From positions 1,664,001-1,728,000 of the forward strand of contig OZ243961.1 in assembly GCA_965214605.1 (NCBI GenBank): a stretch of DNA of 64,000 nt, written 5' to 3'. A program made the translations under genes and the position numbers. This document shows positions 28,844 through 37,702 of this stretch, in pieces; position 1 is the first letter of the stretch; every line of letters starts with the position of its first letter. The stretch is from an uncultured Candidatus Binatia bacterium. GTDB lineage: Bacteria > Desulfobacterota > Binatia > Bin18. The notes below the pieces were generated by a model. It saw only the letters and a list, made by a program, of their open reading frames with translations. It searched no databases and had not been told where the DNA came from.

Positions 28844-31168
28844 GGAGTGCTTCTTATCCTTCCACAAACTTTTCTTGCCTCCTCGCATCAGCCATTCCTT
28901 AAGCAGCTGAGCACATTCGTCACGGTCGGCCGAAGGAGGGAGTTGAGCGATCTGCTCCACAATTTCTGGCATTTTGCTGACATCTCCTCTTCCCCCGAGA
29001 TTCTGGATTCGGGCCTTGACGCGCTTAGCCTTTTCGCTTGCTGAAGAGAGATTTCCCTTTTCCTCTGACGGTTTGGCTCCAGAGCGGACCGACCGCGATG
29101 GGGCTTCACATTGACCTATAGACGCTCTCTTCTGAATGCGCCTCTTCAGTTCCTCCTTGAGAAACCCCAACAGCTCATTTAGCATTCTCTGGCTCTCACT
29201 GAGGCTCGGTAGGTAGTGCGAGGGAAAAGCGGTTACGCGGATGAGCAGAGGTCCGGCGTCTGATCTTGCCAAGTGGTAGAGAATAGGGGCAGCATGACGT
29301 TTTACCTTTTTTGCGGACAATTTCTGCGGCGGTTGATGGGTAGCAGGTTGCTGATGACCTATTGGGCGGTTTCGCGGACCGTGGATTTCCCGCGGCAAAC
29401 CGAGCGCTAGCTTTTCTTCTCTATGGGCGTACTTCTGCGCAAAGGCTTGCGTCGCGTATCCGAGTTGATCAAGCGCTGTCCAAAAATCACGCCAGGGGGT
29501 TTGAATCTCAAGCGGCTTTATTTTCCCGAGCGCAGGTGAGCGTGCTGATTGTCTCTCGTCCGCCAGATCACGAAGCTGGCACGTCTTCCTGAAGTCTTGG
29601 GCAAGGTTTTGGCAATCCTCTATACTGGTAATGTCCTTGGCTTCAATACCCTCGAATGAGCCGAATCCTTTTCGTCCCTTCGAGCCAACACCACCGAAAT
29701 GGCACAGCAGCCAAAGAGCAGCCACCGCTTGATTGAGTATATCCTCAGCCTTAGGGAGCATCGGTTTGTCGGAATTTTCTGGGAAAAAACGGCCGCGCCG
29801 GGCGTCAATGCGAATAGACCACTGTGTTCCTGCCGGACGGAACCAACGCTTCTCTCTTTTAGGACCGTCGTCCATTCCATAGGAGGCGTAGAATAGTCCT
29901 TGGGTTGTCTTCTTGTTCGGAGGATTTTCAAGGTCATGTTGGCATTTGAATGTAGGATCAGGCTGAAATGTTTTCTGGCGATCTTTGTAGTCGTATTTCT
30001 TCGGCCTTTCGCCTTCCTTGAAATCTACCGCAATACGCACCGGACTGCCCGACTGTACGTCTCCCCAGACCGCGGTCTCTAGCCGCTTGAGCGTGGCTCG
30101 GTCGAGGTGGGCCGCGTGCATGGTCCGCCACCACCAACGCAGCAGGCCGCGTAGGGTGGCCGGGCGTAGGTCGCAGTCCCCCTCCTGCTGCTCGGCACCG
30201 GCGAGGAACGCCGGGGTGACCAGCTTCAGGTCAAAATTCGCACTGGCAACTCCGACGTCCGTGAAATCAGGCGAGAGCGTCGTAGAGGTTTCACCTTCAG
30301 TCGGTTTGAAACGTCCATAGCCGGCCGCGGTCTTGGCCCCAGCGCCTTCGGATGTCAGCGCGGTCCGAAGCCAGCCGTAAGCTGTTTCCAGGAAGTCATC
30401 GCTGCCGGGCTTGCGGTCGGAGATGGCAAATTCAAACTGTTCGTCTCCATCAACAGCGAGAAAATAGACCAGATTCGGTTCTTCCTGGTCACCCGGGTCG
30501 TCTTCGCCCGTATAGTATTCGCCATGGTGGTTGTTGATGACATCCAGAATCAGACGGGGCCAGCGGAGTGGCCAAGCATCGTGGAAGACGAGCCGACCGA
30601 CCGAAGCTCCCGCCTGTGACTTGATTTCGCTTGGACGCCAACCCGGCGAGCCGCTTTTCGGATGCAGAAACTTGTGCTTTTCGGAACGAGGACTCCAGCC
30701 GAAGGCTTCTTCGATCCGACGCCAGGCTCGCTCTTTGTCGGGCTGCGCGGGAGCCCACACTGTCTCGGCCCAGGCGCGGGCCAATCCTTTGATGCCGCTG
30801 CCCGGCAAATAGACAAAACCGTAGACCGGATGCAGGGCGATGCCGGCGTTCTCCAGCGCCCCCGAGCGCGATAAGTGCAGGGTCAAGGAGCTACGTGTAG
30901 TCATCCGCAGGCACTTTACGCCGAGCGCTTTGAGCATGGTCCGGCGGCGGTCAAGCAGCGCGTTCAGCAGTTTTGAATCGCCTTGGGTCTCCATCACCTT
31001 TTCCAATACACGCCGCTGTTCCTTTTGAGTCCCGACAGCCGACAGCTTGTCAAGTTGTAAGCCTGGGTGGCGACAGTCAAGCGAAACTATCGGGCTATTA
31101 TCCAATCTCACAAGCTCACATGTGCGCTTGGGCAGAATCGGCCCCGCAAGCAGTTTCTCAGCTGACAT
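28784..31168 (-). CDS. cmr6-cmr1: Cmr6-Cmr1 fusion RAMP
   Basis: Cmr6 half: YLPGSGIKG, FHDAWP, DVINNHH, GAKTAAGYG; Cmr1 half: VTPAFLAGA, LRGLLRWWWR, GGVGSKGRKGFG; single ORF. Confidence 0.88.
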   Translation of the reverse strand: MSAEKLLAGPILPKRTCELVRLDNSPIVSLDCRHPGLQLDKLSAVGTQKEQRRVLEKVMETQGDSKLLNALLDRRRTMLKALGVKCLRMTTRSSLTLHLSRSGALENAGIALHPVYGFVYLPGSGIKGLARAWAETVWAPAQPDKERAWRRIEEAFGWSPRSEKHKFLHPKSGSPGWRPSEIKSQAGASVGRLVFHDAWPLRWPRLILDVINNHHGEYYTGEDDPGDQEEPNLVYFLAVDGDEQFEFAISDRKPGSDDFLETAYGWLRTALTSEGAGAKTAAGYGRFKPTEGETSTTLSPDFTDVGVASANFDLKLVTPAFLAGAEQQEGDCDLRPATLRGLLRWWWRTMHAAHLDRATLKRLETAVWGDVQSGSPVRIAVDFKEGERPKKYDYKDRQKTFQPDPTFKCQHDLENPPNKKTTQGLFYASYGMDDGPKREKRWFRPAGTQWSIRIDARRGRFFPENSDKPMLPKAEDILNQAVAALWLLCHFGGVGSKGRKGFGSFEGIEAKDITSIEDCQNLAQDFRKTCQLRDLADERQSARSPALGKIKPLEIQTPWRDFWTALDQLGYATQAFAQKYAHREEKLALGLPREIHGPRNRPIGHQQPATHQPPQKLSAKKVKRHAAPILYHLARSDAGPLLIRVTAFPSHYLPSLSESQRMLNELLGFLKEELKRRIQKRASIGQCEAPSRSVRSGAKPSEEKGNLSSASEKAKRVKARIQNLGGRGDVSKMPEIVEQIAQLPPSADRDECAQLLKEWLMRGGKKSLWKDKKHSETTWRKRLDNLLDNPFQEA

Positions 31169-31589
31169 CGTTCTCCCCCTCATCAGGCTTGAACTCGGCT
31201 TCGCTGAACCGGGTCAGCCATTGCAAGTACAACAATGCCTCCTCGGTGGCGCGGCGCAGCAGGTCCGCATTACCGTCGATGATAGCCCGAATCACGGCGT
31301 TGCGACCGTTGGTACCTTTCGGCGAAGGTACCAAACGACGCTTCTCCAACAGCCAGTCACCTAGCTCCTTCAGCAACCGACTTCGATAATCCTCGTCGCC
31401 CTTGTCCGACTCCGACTTGGCGTAGAGAAAGGCCAACGCCTGTCCTAGGCCGGCGGTCTTAATGCGGACGGGTAGCCGCTTGGCCTCGCGGGCAAAGTTC
31501 TTGGGGTCGTTCAGTTTGCGGGCGCGCTCTACGGCTTTCCAGGCGTGTTGGGCGCGGCGCTGGTCGAGGGTAGGCCGGCTATCGCTCAT
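31158..31589 (-). CDS. cmr5: Cmr5 small subunit
   Basis: TLDQRRA, LPVRIKTAGLGQALAFL, WLTRF. Confidence 0.92.
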   Translation of the reverse strand: MSDSRPTLDQRRAQHAWKAVERARKLNDPKNFAREAKRLPVRIKTAGLGQALAFLYAKSESDKGDEDYRSRLLKELGDWLLEKRRLVPSPKGTNGRNAVIRAIIDGNADLLRRATEEALLYLQWLTRFSEAEFKPDEGENDVS

Positions 31590-31601
31590 TATCCGTCCTC
31601 C

Positions 31602-32501
31602 TTATCCCGCAAAATCGGCGAAGCGGACCGCGCAGAAACCCTTGCCGACCGTTTCACCGCTGCCAACCTGGAGCGTCCGGGGCGTTTTTTCGCGCAGCCA
31701 CTCAAGAATCTTCGCAGCGCTTTTGGGGTGTGAGTCTAGGCGGCTGTCGCTGCACATCACCAGCGAGTAGAAGAGGGTCTCGGCCGGTAGATATTCTTCG
31801 TAAAAAAGCGCACCCTCGCGGACAGTTTTCGTGTCGTAATTGAGTCCAACTCGGGCCACGATCTCGGTAGCGTTGCAGGCGAAGTGCGTGAAATCGTCGT
31901 CGTGCAGGACGGCCAGATGCGAGCGCAGCCGGTCTTGCGTACCGTCGTCTTTCACGGTCTGCTTTGCAATCCAGTCAGCAAGCGCGCCTGCACCGTCAGC
32001 GTCGGCGCGCGAGAACTCGAACTCTTCCAGCATCAGGCGGTCGCCGTGCGCAATCAGCGGGCTGTCCTTGGCGCAGACGGCCTTGGCACAGACGGCCTTG
32101 TCTTTCTCGACCGTGGGAATCGCGGGGAAGTCACCGCTGCTGACAAGCCCAAGATCACGTTTGAGCCGGTTCAGCACTGCTGGACACGTCACCCAAGCGA
32201 ACACGCCGGTCAGCGAGCGGACTGGGAAGGCGAGAATGCGGGCGTCCGAGAACGTGGCCGCGCCGGCATGGTCGGACGCGGCGTCGGTCTCCGGCCCGAA
32301 TGTTGCCAGGACATCCTTGTCCTTCCGGTTGTCTTTCGCGCATTCGGCCCGCAGGACGCCCTTGAGCGACGAGCCGGGGATCAGCGGCCAGTTGGTGTGA
32401 CGTTCGCGCTGCACCGGCAGATCGACCACTCCCAGGGCCGTGCCGCTGCCGGGATGAAGTCCCGTCAGAGCGTGAATAAACAGTAAGGTTTTGTCAGACA
32501 T
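31602..32501 (-). CDS. cmr4: Cmr4 backbone RNase
   Basis: LHPGSG...VVDLPVQRE (catalytic Asp present), IPGSSLKG, LFYEEYLP, GETVGKG. Confidence 0.95.
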   Translation of the reverse strand: MSDKTLLFIHALTGLHPGSGTALGVVDLPVQRERHTNWPLIPGSSLKGVLRAECAKDNRKDKDVLATFGPETDAASDHAGAATFSDARILAFPVRSLTGVFAWVTCPAVLNRLKRDLGLVSSGDFPAIPTVEKDKAVCAKAVCAKDSPLIAHGDRLMLEEFEFSRADADGAGALADWIAKQTVKDDGTQDRLRSHLAVLHDDDFTHFACNATEIVARVGLNYDTKTVREGALFYEEYLPAETLFYSLVMCSDSRLDSHPKSAAKILEWLREKTPRTLQVGSGETVGKGFCAVRFADFAG

Positions 32502-33594
32502 AGCTCCAGTTCCCCTCCACAAAACAGCCCCAGCCGACGCGCGCATCTTCATCATTGACGAGTTGGCGTGGGACTTGGGCGTTTGGCTCTACGAAATACA
32601 CCGATCCGGCCGGGACCATGAAGCGGTTGGGCTTGGGGCCGCCCTTAGCCAAGTCCCAGCCGGAAACAGACTGATGTTTGCCCACAGCAGCGGCCACCGG
32701 CTTGATGCCCGGCGGCTTCCAGCCGTTGAACCACGCCGGCGTGGTCAACAGCACCAGTCGGCCTCTGTTTGGCTCGGGTGGAATGTTTGGCCAGCTCATG
32801 CCGTGGTCAGCAGCACGGACGACGACGTGCCGGCCTTCACCGCCAAACTTCATTAGGACCGGTTCAGTCGCAAGCGGGGCCAGGACGTCGGCAGGGCCTT
32901 TCAGTTCGGCGTACAAGCCAGCCGTGGGCTTGATGACCAACATGCGAACAGCGTAGATGCGACCTTCCTGCGCGGCGTTGCGTTGCGGATCAACACTAAT
33001 ACCGGTGCGGTTGTCAAACTCGTAGACCTCCTTTTCCGGTTCCCGGATCAGATCGCCCGGCTCCGGTAGGCCACCTTCAAGGAAGCGACCCAGACCAGAC
33101 AGCTTGAGAAACCCGTCGGCGGCCTCTACAGTCTCCCGGCCACAACGCCACCACAGGGGCAGCATCTCCGGGACTTGGGGTTGCCAACCAGGCAACGGGG
33201 TTTTGAGCGGGTCTAGTCGAACCAGCCGGGTTTTCTTTTCCTGTCTGAGGGTTTTCTTTTCCTGTCTGAGGTTGGCAGGGACTGGGATGAGCACCTCGCC
33301 GTTCAGGGTGAACCATGGGCCACGTGTCCGCACCGAGGCCACGGCCGCAGCAGTGGAGCCGAACTCGCCAAGCGCTTCGGCAAGAGGGACCCCATTCCTG
33401 GTGTGTTCCCCCAGCCGATCGAAATCCACCCCGTGCCGCTCCATGAGGAGGGTTCGCACCGCACCCGCCAAGGTCTGCGGCATGGGCAGGCCGGAGGACA
33501 CACGGCTGGCCGGCTCGAACGGTCGTGCATCCCGGAAGAACAAACTATCGACCGGCTCGATCTTCAGCCGGATCAGGGTATCACCGTCAGCCAT
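32494..33594 (-). CDS. cmr3: Cmr3
   Basis: DSLFFRDARPF, TLAGAVR, FGGEGR, LTTPAWF, SGWDL, VPAGSVY, GWG. Confidence 0.93.
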   Translation of the reverse strand: MADGDTLIRLKIEPVDSLFFRDARPFEPASRVSSGLPMPQTLAGAVRTLLMERHGVDFDRLGEHTRNGVPLAEALGEFGSTAAAVASVRTRGPWFTLNGEVLIPVPANLRQEKKTLRQEKKTRLVRLDPLKTPLPGWQPQVPEMLPLWWRCGRETVEAADGFLKLSGLGRFLEGGLPEPGDLIREPEKEVYEFDNRTGISVDPQRNAAQEGRIYAVRMLVIKPTAGLYAELKGPADVLAPLATEPVLMKFGGEGRHVVVRAADHGMSWPNIPPEPNRGRLVLLTTPAWFNGWKPPGIKPVAAAVGKHQSVSGWDLAKGGPKPNRFMVPAGSVYFVEPNAQVPRQLVNDEDARVGWGCFVEGNWSYV

Positions 33595-36217
33595 CGTGAC
33601 CTCGCGCTACAAAAGCTGCGCCCTGGCACAGCAGAATAAATGATTCGAGAAGTTTCGCCCTAACACCGGGATTGTCCTGGGCATAGCGCCGCCACCAGTC
33701 TTCTACGTCTTGACCCGAAAGGGCGTTTGAGTCTGACGCCGTGGCATCTGTGGACCGATTGACGAGCCGGCGTATCTCAGCAGTGACAGCGTCACAGGAA
33801 ACTGCACGGAGGGTCGGGAGTTCCTGACGCAGACGATAGGTCCAGCGGTCGGTCGATCCGGCGGTGAAGCTCGCTACCAACTGCTGGAACCATGACGCAA
33901 GCTTCCACGACAACCCAGCCTCGGAGTGTTCACCGGAGCGGCGCATGAAGCGCAGCATCAGCCGATTCCGTCCGCTGTCCTTGGCCGCTTGTTCGGCTCG
34001 GCGTGCGGCGTCAAGTGCCAGGCGAAGATCCTCCATGTAATGGACAAAGGCAATGCCGGCAGACAGGGTGGCGTTGCTCCCCATCATCAGCAGCTGGCGG
34101 TTGTCTCTCTCTGTCCAGCCGGGCGGATCTCCGTCCTCGCCACGAAAGGCGCGGTATAGCTCAGCCGCGCACTTGACCGCCTGGCGCGCCGGCAGCAGGG
34201 CCAGGACGTCGTCACCGCCTGAGTAGATCAGAGTGCCCTTATGCTCTTCTACAATGCCGGGAGCAATATGGCTGGCAAAATTGTTGAGGGCTTCGCTGAT
34301 GGCAGCGTGTAGGGCCGGCCCAACGGGACGCTTGGCGTCAAGGCCGGCTTTGGCCTTGACGCCAAGCCGTTCGTAGTAGTCCACCATCTTCGGGTGAAGA
34401 ACTTCGCACACCCGTGGCGCGTAGTCGCCCTTGAGCCAGAAGCCCATGTGGTCCGCATCCATTACCAGGATCGCATAGTACGTGGACGGTTTTTGCTTCT
34501 TCCGCGCGGCCTCTATTCTCTCCCAGACCTGTTCCGGAGGGGGCGGGTCGCCCTCTTCCACATCATCACGGCGCTTTTGGTGAAGCCAGCGTCCGCTCCA
34601 ACTCCCGTGCCTGCGCCGGATTTGATCGACCTCAAGCTTTTCTTTGGCCAGCCACTCGGCGGCGGCTACGGTCGCCGTGTCGGGGAAACGCAAGTCGGCG
34701 GGTTTGAGATGCAGTTCGCGGGTAAACGTTGCCGGGGCGGCGAACCGCTTGCACAGCGCAACCGCGGAAAAGCGCTCACTCTTGCGCAGGCGAACACCGT
34801 CGACCTTGACTTTGGCAGTCGCCTCTTTCCAGAAATTGCGCGAATCGTTCAGGTTTGCCGGCCCCATTTGCTCATAGGAGCCGAACAGGCTGCACTTGGC
34901 CGGAGCGTTTTCCTCCGGCGTGGTTTGCCTCACCGTGGGTACGTGTCGAATAGATCGCTGCGCTTCCATCAGCCGCGCCGAGACCTCAAGCTGGGCCTGC
35001 CAGCGGCCAGCGGAGCGCTGATCGTAGCGCGGGCGCTCGTTCTCTGGAATCGCATCGGCAAGCCTGCGGACCTTGCCAGCCTCCTGCCACACCTCATCGA
35101 AAGAGGCGGTGTTGGCGATGAGCCGCGCGAGACACTCGTCTTTCATGTCACGCAGGGGCAAAGTAGCCGTCCGGACCTCGAAAAAGCTCTTGATCTGAGC
35201 GTCCCAGTGCCGATCCCATTCGGGATGAATGGCATACAGCCTGTGGGCGACGAGACAACGGCGGACATCCTCTGCCAGACGACGCCACGCCGCGCGGACC
35301 GCCCCGGCGCATTTGTCGGCCATGTCCTGAACTGTCGCCCCCTCGGGTCCCCCCGGAACAACTGCAACAAAACGGTTGGGGATGGACGGGGAGCGGCGCG
35401 CCTGTATACTTGGTTCGGGAACACGGTCGTCCAGCCCAGGTTGATCGCGCAACCACAGGTCCATCAGCGGATTCCCGCGCAGGGCCGGGTAGACCAACGC
35501 GGTGGGGCCAAGTGTTTCGAGCACCGGGCGGAGCCCCTGGAAGACGAGCCACGACAGGGTGGCACTGCCGGTCCACAGATCGCGCACGCTGCGGGCCGCC
35601 TCAATGAAACTTTGCACCGGACTGAGCGAGAGCGACAGGAGGGCTCCACCGTGCGCACCTTGCCTGCTGGCCCACAGGCCGCTGGTAATGTCTGCATGCT
35701 GGGTCAGGGTATGGTCGGGAATACGGGTGTCGGCGGGCAGACGTACGAATGCGTGCCCCAAGCACTTCGCAAGCCGTTCGGGCAGGAGTCGCCAAAGAGC
35801 TAGAAAACGGGAACGTGCGCACGGCAGATCATCGACGATACTGCCGATAGTCTCAAGCACCTGCTCCTCGGCAACAATCAACCCCTCCAGAGTGTTTCTG
35901 CCTGCGCTAACCGGGTGGCATGCGTCCAGCCGGCCGTCTTCGGGGCCAACGGCGCGTTCCCCGTTTCGGCCGGCGGTCGGCATGGGAACCCGCTCGGCGA
36001 TTGCAGCGAGCGAGTCTGCTAACGACGCCGAACTTTTGATCTCCTTCCGAGTCACGTCACGGTCAAGCGCGCGGGAGGCGTACCGGGCCGCCCGAGCCTC
36101 GTGCCCCCGTATATCGAGTGCCTTGTCGACAGGGTCGTGCAGATAAGCCACCAACAACTGATCCCAATCAACGAGGTCGAGTCCGGCCGACTGTTTATTT
36201 AAGGCGGTTTTTTCCAT
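33587..36217 (-). CDS. cas10: Cas10/Cmr2 with an intact GGDD cyclase motif
   Basis: YLHDP, PADTRIPDH, VQSFIEAAR..DLW.GS, YYAILVMDAD, IYSGGDD. Confidence 0.96.
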   Translation of the reverse strand: MEKTALNKQSAGLDLVDWDQLLVAYLHDPVDKALDIRGHEARAARYASRALDRDVTRKEIKSSASLADSLAAIAERVPMPTAGRNGERAVGPEDGRLDACHPVSAGRNTLEGLIVAEEQVLETIGSIVDDLPCARSRFLALWRLLPERLAKCLGHAFVRLPADTRIPDHTLTQHADITSGLWASRQGAHGGALLSLSLSPVQSFIEAARSVRDLWTGSATLSWLVFQGLRPVLETLGPTALVYPALRGNPLMDLWLRDQPGLDDRVPEPSIQARRSPSIPNRFVAVVPGGPEGATVQDMADKCAGAVRAAWRRLAEDVRRCLVAHRLYAIHPEWDRHWDAQIKSFFEVRTATLPLRDMKDECLARLIANTASFDEVWQEAGKVRRLADAIPENERPRYDQRSAGRWQAQLEVSARLMEAQRSIRHVPTVRQTTPEENAPAKCSLFGSYEQMGPANLNDSRNFWKEATAKVKVDGVRLRKSERFSAVALCKRFAAPATFTRELHLKPADLRFPDTATVAAAEWLAKEKLEVDQIRRRHGSWSGRWLHQKRRDDVEEGDPPPPEQVWERIEAARKKQKPSTYYAILVMDADHMGFWLKGDYAPRVCEVLHPKMVDYYERLGVKAKAGLDAKRPVGPALHAAISEALNNFASHIAPGIVEEHKGTLIYSGGDDVLALLPARQAVKCAAELYRAFRGEDGDPPGWTERDNRQLLMMGSNATLSAGIAFVHYMEDLRLALDAARRAEQAAKDSGRNRLMLRFMRRSGEHSEAGLSWKLASWFQQLVASFTAGSTDRWTYRLRQELPTLRAVSCDAVTAEIRRLVNRSTDATASDSNALSGQDVEDWWRRYAQDNPGVRAKLLESFILLCQGAAFVARGHDG

Positions 36218-36243
36218 CAGGTTCTTCCCTCGCAGCTCCACAG

Positions 36244-37440
36244 TCAGTCCAGCAGTAGACTCAGATTTTGGGCCAGAACAGTGGGTAGTTGCCGACGGTC
36301 TTTAAGCAGTTTTCTGCTTTCGGGCTTGGCTGGATCGGTGCCATGCGCCAGCGTGTTTCTCAAATCCTTCAGAGCACGGTAGGCAGTGAACCGTTTGCCG
36401 GTCAACGATCCCTGGTTCATGGCGGCGGTGACTTTGTCACGGTCGTCGTGCTTGTCGGGACTCAAGCCGCCTCTTTCGCACTCCCGCGTGACCACGGCTT
36501 CCGAGCCGAAAATGGCGGCGCGCAGAAAATCACCGCGCTCCAGATATTTCTTTGCCAGAAAGTGCTGACGGCGAGAGCGTGGTTCGCCTTTCGTCCACCC
36601 AAGCGCCTCTCTTAGTTTATGCTGAAACAATCCCGACGCGCCTTGCAGCTGTTCATTCAAAACGGGCAGGAAGGTGTCCAGACCACGCTTGGCATCCCGA
36701 TCGTTGGAAGTGCGCTCATAAAACGCGGCGATCTCCAAACACTGAGCTTTGTCTTTCGGCACCCCGTCTTCGAGCAATAACGGCACAAAGACCCCGTAGT
36801 CACCGTTCGCGTCGAATCGGTCCAAGGCATCCACCCAACGCCGCACCAGAACCAGGCCGTCGAGCTTGAGCACGGGCGCGATGTCGTCACGCATCATGTC
36901 GAGCGCCCCATACCAGAGGTGGTCAACCTGCAAGGTGCGTATCCGCTCAAGCATGAAGGCGGATAGGAATCCGATCATGCCGAGATGGCGAAAGCCATGG
37001 GTAAGATCGAAACTGAGCTTACCGTCCGGAACGGTATCGGCAATAGCGCTTAAGATGTCGTATTGCTCAGCGAAGTCGGCCCCGAACGGAATGAGGCGCG
37101 GAACGACCTGCAGGCCAACGGCTTGACTCATGATTGATTCCACTTTGTCGAGCATGGCTTGGGTTACCGTTTTTTGCGTTTCCGCTTCGAGCAATTCAAG
37201 CCGCGCATCTTCGTCCTCATCCACGGAGGCAAGGCTTTCGACCAACACGCCCCACATGCTGCCGCTCGTGCCCAGAATCACCACGCTGTCCGCGTCAAGG
37301 TGGCGTGCCAGCTCCAGACCGAGAAAGGCGGTTTTTTGCAGCTGGCCATCGGGGAATCGGTAAGTCGCGGTTCGGTAGCCCATCTGCCTATCTTCCCGGC
37401 CCCTGCCAAGAAATGTCACGAGTGTGTTGGTTTTATTCAT
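36244..37440 (-). CDS. TIGR02221-type CARF-HEPN ribonuclease (Csx1/Csx2-like)
   Basis: VTFLG, ILGTSGSMW, FDLTHGFRHL, WYGAL, RNTLAH (RX4H). Confidence 0.88.
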   Translation of the reverse strand: MNKTNTLVTFLGRGREDRQMGYRTATYRFPDGQLQKTAFLGLELARHLDADSVVILGTSGSMWGVLVESLASVDEDEDARLELLEAETQKTVTQAMLDKVESIMSQAVGLQVVPRLIPFGADFAEQYDILSAIADTVPDGKLSFDLTHGFRHLGMIGFLSAFMLERIRTLQVDHLWYGALDMMRDDIAPVLKLDGLVLVRRWVDALDRFDANGDYGVFVPLLLEDGVPKDKAQCLEIAAFYERTSNDRDAKRGLDTFLPVLNEQLQGASGLFQHKLREALGWTKGEPRSRRQHFLAKKYLERGDFLRAAIFGSEAVVTRECERGGLSPDKHDDRDKVTAAMNQGSLTGKRFTAYRALKDLRNTLAHGTDPAKPESRKLLKDRRQLPTVLAQNLSLLLD

Positions 37441-37649
37441 TGCGCTCCCCGCCATCGTCCAAAAAGAGAAGACTCCCCCGTCTCCAGCGGCCCGCCTCTG
37501 CGTGAGCCGGACTCAACACCAGAAGGCAAGCCCCCGGCCGTATTCAGTATCGTCGTCTTGATGCCTGTCTGCGTCTCACTGCTGATTGTATCGTCTTTGA
37601 TGTTTCTCTCCATTGCGATGAGCTCTCCGTGCCTGCCCTGCTCCGGCAT
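37437..37649 (-). CDS. Possible 70-aa small protein heading the cmr operon
   Basis: ATG 8 nt after TGCTATGAT; stop overlaps the next ATG (ATGA); no recognisable domain. Confidence 0.3.
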   Translation of the reverse strand: MPEQGRHGELIAMERNIKDDTISSETQTGIKTTILNTAGGLPSGVESGSRRGGPLETGESSLFGRWRGAQ

Positions 37650-37657
37650 GAATACCT

Positions 37658-37702
37658 ATCATAGCAGCTATCACCGGGCGCGCCTTATTTGGCAAGCTTG
37701 CC
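37658..37702 (-). promoter_or_regulatory. Putative cmr-operon promoter: extended -10 TGCTATGAT plus palindrome GGCAAGCTTGCC
   Basis: Perfect 12-bp palindrome at 37691-37702; same geometry as 38964-39008. Confidence 0.55.

Noticed and set aside
34394-35803. 469-aa plus-strand ORF inside cas10
   Set aside because: Antisense shadow with no recognisable motifs
37690-37701. TGGCA..TTGC as a sigma54 promoter
   Set aside because: GG to GC spacing is 7 nt, not the required 10
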